Assembly: GCA_046292385.1 (NCBI GenBank)
Contig: JBKBRF010000012.1
Coordinates: forward strand, 64,001-128,000
Origin: Armatimonadota bacterium
GTDB taxonomy: Bacteria > Armatimonadota > SYMT01
Direction: 5' to 3'
Length of the DNA: 64,000 nt
The stretch's first letter is position 1, and each line of letters begins with the position of its first letter. The notes under the pieces are model-generated. The model was not told the DNA's origin, did no database searches, and saw only the letters and a list, made by a program, of their open reading frames with translations. Below, piece after piece: positions 57,203 through 64,000 of this stretch. The position numbers were made by a program, and so were the translations under genes.

Positions 57203-57277
57203 TGCTAGTATTTTACTACCATATAACCTCCGCGTCAGGTGATGGCGTGAAAATAATTTGGTGGTAAGATACTGGCA
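57203..57277. promoter_or_regulatory. Inverted 19-bp operator-like pair in a divergent promoter region
   Basis: TGCTAGTATTTTACTACCA (57203-57221) matches the reverse complement of 57259-57277 (TGCCAGTATCTTACCACCA) at 16/19. Confidence 0.6.
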
Positions 57278-57279
57278 CC

Positions 57280-57471
57280 ATGACCGAAACAGAGAAGCGC
57301 AAAGGGGGACGGCCGGCGACGGGCCGCGCCTACCCGATCAAGGTGTTCAGCTACGTCGATGACGAGCTGCTGCGGCTCCTGCAGGAGCTGGCGAAGCGGG
57401 GCAACCGCGGGCAGGCGGAGGTGCTCCGCCAGGGCATTCGCGCGCTGGCGGAGCGGGAGGGCGTGGAATGA
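57280..57471 (+). CDS. CopG/ribbon-helix-helix-like DNA-binding protein
   Basis: GGRPATG, beta strand then L.ELA......AEVLRQGI. Confidence 0.7.
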   Translation: MTETEKRKGGRPATGRAYPIKVFSYVDDELLRLLQELAKRGNRGQAEVLRQGIRALAEREGVE

Positions 57472-57695
57472 GGAACCTGGTTCCTGAGACGCGTTTGGCG
57501 GCCATCGAGACTCAGGCACAGCGCACCCGCGCGAGCATTGAGCGAGGTGAACCCGACGGGAAGGAGCTGGCTGTCACGCTAGCCGCGCGGGATGTCCCCG
57601 ACCTGGTAGCCGAGATTCGCCGGCTGCGAGGTGCACTAGATGCGCTGGCTGGTCTCTGCACGACCCTCAAGCACGAAGAAGAAACCCCGGTCTAA
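57468..57695 (+). CDS. Hypothetical phage protein
   Basis: ARDVPDLVAEIRRLR; ATGA coupling. Confidence 0.55.
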   Translation: MRNLVPETRLAAIETQAQRTRASIERGEPDGKELAVTLAARDVPDLVAEIRRLRGALDALAGLCTTLKHEEETPV

Positions 57696-57839
57696 CCGGA
57701 GTCTCCGGACCTCCCCCACTTCGGCGCCCCCGCCCGCTCCAACTCGGCGAAGAGATCCCGTGTCCCAGCGCGGCGGAAAGGCCGCCGCTCCCCCATCGAC
57801 TCCGCGTGGCAGTTTGTCGCCGGGATGTCGCCGCAGTTC

Positions 57840-57941
57840 TTGCCGGAACTTGCCGGAAGTGGCTTCCGCACCTATACTCCGAACTAGCAATCAGGGCTGA
57901 AACCGCGATCCGTGCCGGGATTTGCCGAAGCTTGCCAGGCC
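57840..57941 (+). repeat. Five 10-bp direct repeats (TTGCCGGAA-like), candidate integrase arm sites
   Basis: Copies at 57840, 57850, 57912, 57922 and 57932, just inside the att core. Confidence 0.6.
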
Positions 57942-57951
57942 GGGCGGCGCA

Positions 57952-58003
57952 CTCAAAAACCGATTCTCGAAAGAGAGTGCGGGTTCGATCCCCGCCTTCG
58001 GCA
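57952..58003 (+). tRNA. 3' half of tRNA-Leu(CAA), attR fragment (not an intact gene)
   Basis: CTCAAAA loop, ACCGA 3' stem, variable arm TTCTC-GAAA-GAGAG, GCGGG-TTCGATC-CCCGC, CTTCGGC-A; 5' anticodon stem and D arm missing. Confidence 0.85.
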
Positions 58004-58022
58004 AGCACAACTTGTAGTCCCC

Positions 58023-58064
58023 AAGAGGGAGGGTACGTCCAGTGACGTGCCCTCTCTTCGTGTT
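58023..58064 (+). terminator. Terminator-like hairpin of the original tRNA gene
   Basis: GAGGGTACGTC-CAGT-GACGTGCCCTC followed by a T-rich run. Confidence 0.55.
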
Positions 58065-58434
58065 CGCGGAACGGGCGAATGGAACCCTGCGGTTTTAAGA
58101 CGGCAGCGCGCATTTCGGGGCCACACCGCGGTTCCGGAGGGGTATAATACGCCGGTTTCGCGCAGTTGGCGCGTGCCGTAGGCTTCCTCGGTTTGCGAGG
58201 CGGATCGATCAGCCCGGCCCAGCCGGGAGGGTCTGGAGCCGCGCCGCAGATCGATCCGGAAGCATGGCGGCGGCTCTGCGATCCGGTTCGTTTGAGTGAT
58301 GGCAGACGGACGGGGGGTCCCACAAGGATCAACCGCCTGGTAGGTCATTCTGAGTAGGGATGCTATCCCCTGGCTCGGGATGGCCTTTTCTGCGTACCGG
58401 GCGCGCTTCGGTGCCTCCGGTGGGGTCACTTGCC

Positions 58435-60600
58435 ATGGCGAACGTGCTTCGCCGCCTGGTATTCGGGCGGCCTTTCGAAACGGCGCAGGCGCACCACACG
58501 CGCCTGCCGAACACCCTCGCTCTCCCGGTCTTCGCCTCGGACGCGCTCTCGTCCGTGAGTTACGCCACCGAGGAGATCCTGCTGGTGCTGGTGCTCGCCG
58601 GCGCCTCCGCAGCATCCCTGGGTAAGGCGTGGCCCCTGGCGCTGGCGATCGCCTTGCTGCTGGCGATCGTGGCGACTTCCTACCGGCAGACGATCCACGC
58701 GTACCCCCAGGGCGGCGGTGCCTACCGGGTCGCTCGCGAGAACCTGGGGGTCTTCTGGGGCGTGCTGGCCGGCGCCTCGCTGTTGATCGACTACGTACTG
58801 ACGGTGGCGGTGAGTATCTCGGCCGGCGTGGCCGCCATCACCTCCGCGTGGCCGGCGCTCGCTCCCCACGCCGTGGCGCTCGCGGTCGGCTTCGTCATCT
58901 TCGTGGGGCTGGCGAACTTGCGCGGGGCGAAGGAGTCGGGGCTGCTTTTCGCGGTGCCGACCTACCTCTTCATCGCGTCGATCTTCACCTTGCTCGCGGT
59001 CGGGTTCTTCAAGCTGCTGGCCAACCAGCCGATGACCCCGCCGTCGCCGCCGGCCGCCACCTGGGCCAACACGACGGAGAGCCTGACGCTCTTCCTGATC
59101 CTGCGCGCCTTCTCGTCCGGCTGCACCGCGCTGACCGGGATCGAGGCGGTCACCGACGGCGTGCCCGCCTTTCGACCGCCGGAGGCGAAGAATGCCGCCC
59201 GGGTGCTGGCTGCGCTGGGGGTGATTCTGATCTCCATGTTCGTGGGGATCACCTACCTGGCGCACCGGCTGGAGGTAGTGCCGTTCCCCGCGGAGTTCGA
59301 GGGGCCGCATCACGAGCACCGGCATACGGTCGTCTCGCAGATCGCGTATGCCGTCTTCGGGCCGACGCCGCTCTACTACGTGATCCAGGTCGCGACCGCG
59401 GTAATTCTGATCCTGGCGGCCAACACGGCGTTCGTCGACTTCCCGCGCCTGAGCATGTTCCTGGCACAGGATAGACTCCTGCCGCGGCAGCTGGCGAACG
59501 TAGGGGATCGGCTGGTCTATTCCAACGGCATCATCGGCCTGTCGGTCCTCTCCATCCTGACGGTGGTCGCCTTCAACGCCAGCACCCACCACCTGATCCC
59601 GCTCTACGCGCTGGGCGTCTTCCTTTCGTTCACCCTCAGCCAGTCCGGCATGGTGGTGCGCTGGCTGCGGCTGCGACCACGCGGGTGGCAAATGGGCGCG
59701 GCAGTCAGCGGGGTCGGGGCGGCGGCCACCTTCGTGGTGCTGATCATCATCGGGGTGACCAAGTTCATGGCGGGCGACCCGGTCAGCCTCTGGCCGGTCA
59801 CCACCCCGCTCGGGCTCTGGTTGGTGCTCACGCTCGCCGGCTTCGTGCTGATCTCCATGTGGCACCGCTGGATGGGTCGCTGGCTGCTGGCGCTCTCCAC
59901 GCTCGGCTTCGCCGCCTGGGCGCTCGTCGCGCAGCCGGACCTCGTGCGGCCGTTCGAGGTGCGGCTCGGCGCGTGGCTGGTGATGGTGGCGATTCCCACC
60001 GTCGTCTGGATGTGCTTCCGGATCAACGCGCACTACAGCGAGGTGGCCGGCAAGCTGACGATGGAGCGCTACCAGCCGCCGCGGAAGTTCCGGCACACCG
60101 TGCTGGTCTCGGTGCCGGGGGTCCACCGCGGCATCATGCCGGCACTGGAGTACGCCCGCTCGATCGGGGGCGACGTCCGCGGGGTCTACGTGGAGATCGA
60201 TCCCGCCCGGACGCCGGATGCGCTGGAACGCTGGCGTAAGTGGGTGCCCGACATCCCACTGGTGGTGCTCGAATCCCCCTACCGCGCGCTGACCACGCCG
60301 CTGCTGGAGTATATCGACCAGGTGGAGCGGGAGCGGGATGACGACGTGGTGACGGTGGTCCTGCCGGAGTTCGTGCCGGAAAAGTGGTGGACCGTGCTGC
60401 TTCACAACCAGTCCGGATTGCTGCTCAAGTGGGCGCTGCTCTTTAAGAAGGGCGTGGTCGTCACCAACATCCGCTACCACCTCCAGGACTGGGAAGAAGA
60501 AGCCCTGGGAGCGCACCCGCTGCTCTGCGACAACCTCGCACTGGAAGCAGCCGAGTGCGCTCCAAGGGAGGGCTCCCGCCGGGTTGACGCGCGGCACTGA
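58435..60600 (+). CDS. APC-family permease, KimA/YdaO-like (host)
   Basis: ALPVFASDALSSVSYATEE, YPQGGGAY, GCTALTGIEA, LESPYR, LLHNQS. Confidence 0.9.
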   Translation: MANVLRRLVFGRPFETAQAHHTRLPNTLALPVFASDALSSVSYATEEILLVLVLAGASAASLGKAWPLALAIALLLAIVATSYRQTIHAYPQGGGAYRVARENLGVFWGVLAGASLLIDYVLTVAVSISAGVAAITSAWPALAPHAVALAVGFVIFVGLANLRGAKESGLLFAVPTYLFIASIFTLLAVGFFKLLANQPMTPPSPPAATWANTTESLTLFLILRAFSSGCTALTGIEAVTDGVPAFRPPEAKNAARVLAALGVILISMFVGITYLAHRLEVVPFPAEFEGPHHEHRHTVVSQIAYAVFGPTPLYYVIQVATAVILILAANTAFVDFPRLSMFLAQDRLLPRQLANVGDRLVYSNGIIGLSVLSILTVVAFNASTHHLIPLYALGVFLSFTLSQSGMVVRWLRLRPRGWQMGAAVSGVGAAATFVVLIIIGVTKFMAGDPVSLWPVTTPLGLWLVLTLAGFVLISMWHRWMGRWLLALSTLGFAAWALVAQPDLVRPFEVRLGAWLVMVAIPTVVWMCFRINAHYSEVAGKLTMERYQPPRKFRHTVLVSVPGVHRGIMPALEYARSIGGDVRGVYVEIDPARTPDALERWRKWVPDIPLVVLESPYRALTTPLLEYIDQVERERDDDVVTVVLPEFVPEKWWTVLLHNQSGLLLKWALLFKKGVVVTNIRYHLQDWEEEALGAHPLLCDNLALEAAECAPREGSRRVDARH

Positions 60601-60756
60601 CCCCTCTCCCCGGCCGCTGCGGGGCGAGTTGAGGCCGCGGCTCACGGTTGTAGAGAACCCCACGGAACCGGCTCCGCAAATGCAGGTTGAACTCCGGTTT
60701 CGTGGGGTGCGTCTGCTCTCTGAGCAGGAGCTCCATTCTGAGTTCAGGAGGCGACC

Positions 60757-61251
60757 ATGGATCGACGGCACTGTTTGCACCTGGCGGCCGCGGCGGCGGG
60801 CCTGGCGGCGCTCAACGCCGAGGCTCGAGCGGAGGACGAGTTGCCGCTGCCGCTCGGAGAGGCGGTGGAGGCGTTCAACCGGCGGGCTGCCGCCGATCCC
60901 GTGGGACGAACGCAGCCGCCGCTGACCGAGGATGAGGTGGTGGCAGCGATCCGCGGGTGGATGCGCGAGCGAGTAGAGGTTACCGACAACGTCTTCGCGC
61001 GCTTCCAGCGCGTCGCCGAAACCGGCCGCTTGCCCGAGGGCGCCGAATTCCGGTTCATCACGGGCTGGGGTGGCTTCCGCGGCTTTGACTTCGAGGTGTG
61101 GTGGGTCGATCTGGTGCTCCGCACCGGGCCGGATAAGGTCTTTGCTTACCGCATTCGGGATCAGAAGCTCCGCTCGCGCCCCAGTCCGCCGCCGGCCGAG
61201 CCGGACCCGAGGTTCCCGATCCGGCTCCCTCGTGCCGTCCTCAAGCCGTAA
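60757..61251 (+). CDS. Exported hypothetical protein (host)
   Basis: AGGAGG RBS, RR-type signal. Confidence 0.65.
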   Translation: MDRRHCLHLAAAAAGLAALNAEARAEDELPLPLGEAVEAFNRRAAADPVGRTQPPLTEDEVVAAIRGWMRERVEVTDNVFARFQRVAETGRLPEGAEFRFITGWGGFRGFDFEVWWVDLVLRTGPDKVFAYRIRDQKLRSRPSPPPAEPDPRFPIRLPRAVLKP

Positions 61252-61316
61252 CCGGCGGGCGGCCGGGCGCATCCTATCGACGGGCGATCCTGCGCCCGCC
61301 CATCACCTCGAGAGGA

Positions 61317-61817
61317 ATGCCGATGCGACTCCCGAACCGATTGCGACCACTCCTCGTCCTTGCCGCCGCGTCTGCCCTCCTCCTCGGGGTGCAAGCGCGG
61401 GCACTCGCCATCGTGCTGATCAAGGACGTCTCCGCCGCGGAAGCGAAGGAGCTGGGGATTACGGTGAAGGTGGGCCCGTCCGCCAACGACGATCTGCGAG
61501 TCATGGTGGAGTTCAAAGAAGTGGGCCGGCTGAGCAGCTTCCGGTACGCAGATCTCCGCCTGGAGCAAAACGGCAAGCGGGTGGTCAGCGCATCGCTGCA
61601 GGCGCGGAAGCCGGCGGTCGACAGTCCCCCGGAACGCAAGCTGCTGGAGTTCTACATCGATCCGGATCAGCTCGCTAACGCCAGCGTAACCATCGTTTCG
61701 TACAACGAGCCGCACAGCGGCACCGGCTACCGGCTCAAGATGAAAGACTACGTGTCCCGGGAGAAGGGACGCGAATCCGGCAGCACCTACCTCGCCTCCG
61801 TTAGCGCGCCGCGGTGA
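61317..61817 (+). CDS. Secreted hypothetical protein (host)
   Basis: Signal peptide. Confidence 0.65.
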   Translation: MPMRLPNRLRPLLVLAAASALLLGVQARALAIVLIKDVSAAEAKELGITVKVGPSANDDLRVMVEFKEVGRLSSFRYADLRLEQNGKRVVSASLQARKPAVDSPPERKLLEFYIDPDQLANASVTIVSYNEPHSGTGYRLKMKDYVSREKGRESGSTYLASVSAPR

Positions 61818-62157
61818 ACGAACCGGCTCCCCAGTTAAGGAGGACCACCAGCGCCACGACGAGGCTGAACAGGGCCAGCCATCCGAGACACAGGTAGATC
61901 GCGAGGTGCTGCCGGCTAGCGGGCGGCGCCACCTCGGGAGCGCCGATGCGAAGGAGGCCGCGGTAACAGAGGAACGCGCCGAGGGCCCCTGCGATGCCGA
62001 TCACCAGAAAGGCCAGGACGCCCGGAGGATCGGTGCGGGTCTGCGACCCACCGCCGGCCAGGTCGAGCCCAACCAGGCAGGCGCCGGTGCCGACGTAGAG
62101 CGCAGCTATCGCCAGCACGACAAAACTCACGGTGAGCACGACGCGGCGCACCCTCAC
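61801..62157 (-). CDS. Three-TM membrane protein (host)
   Basis: Hydrophobic 3' part of the long track ORF; GTG 11 bp after the upstream stop. Confidence 0.5.
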   Translation of the reverse strand: MRVRRVVLTVSFVVLAIAALYVGTGACLVGLDLAGGGSQTRTDPPGVLAFLVIGIAGALGAFLCYRGLLRIGAPEVAPPASRQHLAIYLCLGWLALFSLVVALVVLLNWGAGSFTAAR

Positions 62158-62168
62158 CGCTAGCCGGC

Positions 62169-63296
62169 TCACAGCTTGATCGACCGGAGATCGATCTTTT
62201 CCCGGTCCCATTCGCCCAGGCCCAGCGCGCCGGCGATCTCCACGTGCTCCGGCTGCCGGTGAATGAAGGTGCTGAACTGGTCCGGCTTGTCCTCCACCAG
62301 CTTCGGCTTCCCGACTTCCACCCGCTTGGCGTCGATCACTTCCCAGCCGATTCGATCGAGCGCTACCGGATCGGTAGCGAAGTAGAGCGACTGGTGCTCC
62401 CACACGAACTGCGGGTTGGCGCTCGGACCGCCGTGATAGAGGCCCTTCACCCCATCCATGATGTGGAGCACCGTCTTGTTCCGGATGATCGGCATGGAGA
62501 CCACGGCCGGGATGAAGAAGTTGCACGCGTTCAGGCTGCGAGTGCCGTGGCTGCGCGCGACGTTGTTCACCAGTCCGTGGGAGAGGTTCTTCAGCGCCAT
62601 CGTGATCCCGGCCGACTGGTGGTCTTTCAGCAGCGGCAGGTTGATCAGCTTGTCGACCTCCTGCGTGATGAACTTCGCGGCGTAGGAGCGGCGCGCCGTC
62701 TCGTTCTCCAGGGGGTAACCGGGCAGCGTGAGCGGCAGGTCGAGGTAGTGCTCCGGATCGTAGCCGGTGATGTCGTGCTGGACGTCGTCGTACTTCTCGG
62801 CCGCGTGGGAGATCCGGACCCCCTCCGGCAGCCACTTGTCGAACCCCGCCTGGAAGAACTGGTCCTTGTAGCGGTCGTAAACGACGATATCCTTGCGCTT
62901 GATCCCCGCTGCTTCGAGCCCGGCGATCACCTCCCGCACGACGGAGGCGTCCGAGATCACGTGCGGCATTCCCACCGGGTTGAGCTTCAGGCCGATCACC
63001 TCGCCCGGCTGGACGAACTGCTTCCACGCTTCCGCCCAGTCCGAGGCGCCGGTCAGCTCCGTCATCCCGCGGCGGAGCATCGCCCGGATTGTCTCCGGGT
63101 GGTAGACCCCACCGGTGATCGACCGCTCGCTCTGCACCTTCACGACCCGGCCGCGGTGCGGGCCGGGGATGGCAAGCTTCGACTTCGGCGCGTTCGACCG
63201 TGTCTCCGCCGAAGCGCCGGTCTGCGTCAGTCCCGCGGCGGCCAGCGCGGCCACTCCCCCACCCAGCGACTTCAAGCACTCGCGACGATCGAGCAT
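62169..63296 (-). CDS. Tat-exported DUF362-like protein (host)
   Basis: DRRECLK signal; IGLKLN, D.LINLPLLKDH..AGITMALKN..G, TDPVALD. Confidence 0.85.
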   Translation of the reverse strand: MLDRRECLKSLGGGVAALAAAGLTQTGASAETRSNAPKSKLAIPGPHRGRVVKVQSERSITGGVYHPETIRAMLRRGMTELTGASDWAEAWKQFVQPGEVIGLKLNPVGMPHVISDASVVREVIAGLEAAGIKRKDIVVYDRYKDQFFQAGFDKWLPEGVRISHAAEKYDDVQHDITGYDPEHYLDLPLTLPGYPLENETARRSYAAKFITQEVDKLINLPLLKDHQSAGITMALKNLSHGLVNNVARSHGTRSLNACNFFIPAVVSMPIIRNKTVLHIMDGVKGLYHGGPSANPQFVWEHQSLYFATDPVALDRIGWEVIDAKRVEVGKPKLVEDKPDQFSTFIHRQPEHVEIAGALGLGEWDREKIDLRSIKL

Positions 63297-63422
63297 GGCG
63301 AAACCCTCCTCGACACTCCCCTACCAGAGATTTCACCGCGGGAGGCCGGGTCCCTCTGCCGACGCGCGGAGTGCACTCGAACTCGGCCGGAGCCCCGGAC
63401 GTCTATTGTGCCGGAGGAGCCG

Positions 63423-63764
63423 ATGAAGCCCCCCTCGCTCGCCCGCCCCAGCACTCAGAGAGTGAGTCGAACTCGCCTGACCCGGATTGCGGCGGTCGCA
63501 GTCAGCCTCGCTCTCGGGGTACCAGTCGCACTCTTCGCAGTTTCGCTCTCGGCACCGCTTCACGTGGTCGTGGGCGGCCACGGGATCTTCGCGGGAGTCC
63601 GGGTAAATCCGTTCGTTCCGACGCATACTCCGCCGGGAGCTCCGAAGGTCTTCTCCGGACCGATCTCGTACTCGTCGAGCTCAACCCCTGGCGCTCGGGG
63701 CAATCGGATGCAGCAGTGGACCTGGACAAGAGGCGACTACAGCTATACGATCGTCCTGTGGTGA
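63423..63764 (+). CDS. Hypothetical membrane-anchored protein (host)
   Basis: GGAGGAG RBS, one TM. Confidence 0.45.
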   Translation: MKPPSLARPSTQRVSRTRLTRIAAVAVSLALGVPVALFAVSLSAPLHVVVGGHGIFAGVRVNPFVPTHTPPGAPKVFSGPISYSSSSTPGARGNRMQQWTWTRGDYSYTIVLW

Positions 63765-64000
63765 CGAGGAGCACCTGCGGAGAGCGCGGCGCTCGCGCTC
63801 GGCCTATTCGTAAGCGCAGCCGGCTTCAGCCGGCTTACTAAGGAGACAGGGTGCTCCTTTAGGGGCACCCGTCCGAGCGCTGCCAAGCCTACCGATCGGG
63901 CCAGCCCGCCCTACTTATGCGGGCCGTGGGCTTTGCGGTAGAGGCGGTTGCTGAGCGGCTTGCCGGCGGTGAGGTGCTGATCGACCACCTGCTCCGCCTC

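Larger units (their letters stand above)
1..58003. mobile_element. Integrated prophage (siphovirus-like, HK97-type head); left end truncated by the window
   Basis: Integrase N-terminus at the left, full lysogeny, replication, packaging, head and tail gene order, and a tRNA-Leu 3' fragment at the right followed by host-type genes. Confidence 0.95.

Noticed and set aside
57924..58003. Complete tRNA-Leu gene
   Set aside because: The acceptor stem pairs, but there is no D-loop consensus and the 5' anticodon stem (GCGCA) cannot pair with ACCGA; treated as an att fragment
58060..58434. c-di-AMP (ydaO) riboswitch upstream of the KimA-like permease
   Set aside because: I could not identify the consensus elements by eye; an Rfam scan would be needed
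58426..61272. 948-aa minus-strand ORF
   Set aside because: Antisense shadow of the APC permease in high-GC DNA; no motifs

Overview
Positions 1 to about 58,003 are most of an integrated, high-GC siphovirus-type prophage. Its left end, with the rest of the integrase and the presumed intact tRNA, lies outside the window. Its right end is a displaced 3' half of a tRNA-Leu(CAA) gene (attR, 57,952-58,003). Module order is: integrase N-terminus, ImmA-type peptidase and repressor, early genes (Bet recombinase, replication protein with internal iterons), a PRTRC ubiquitin-like cassette (ParB-C-F-B-ThiF), a second catalytic-domain-only tyrosine recombinase, lysis candidates, terminase, a portal-MuF fusion, HK97-type head, and a non-contractile tail with a -1 frameshift chaperone. 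Cargo follows: two ECF sigmas, a MauE plus double-thioredoxin fusion beside a 12-Cys secreted peptide, a prepilin-type protein and an XRE-IrrE pair. The last 6 kb is host DNA (APC/KimA-like permease, Tat-exported DUF362-like protein). The most striking unexplained signal is a perfect 18-bp palindrome, TTATGCCACGTGGCATAA, present in seven identical copies roughly every 7-10 kb across the prophage. It has a parS-like CACGTG core and one copy lies inside the phage parB ORF, so it may be the DNA target of the PRTRC ParB. All family calls are motif recognition by eye; no searches were run. A host such as Armatimonadota is only a guess from the style of the cargo genes.
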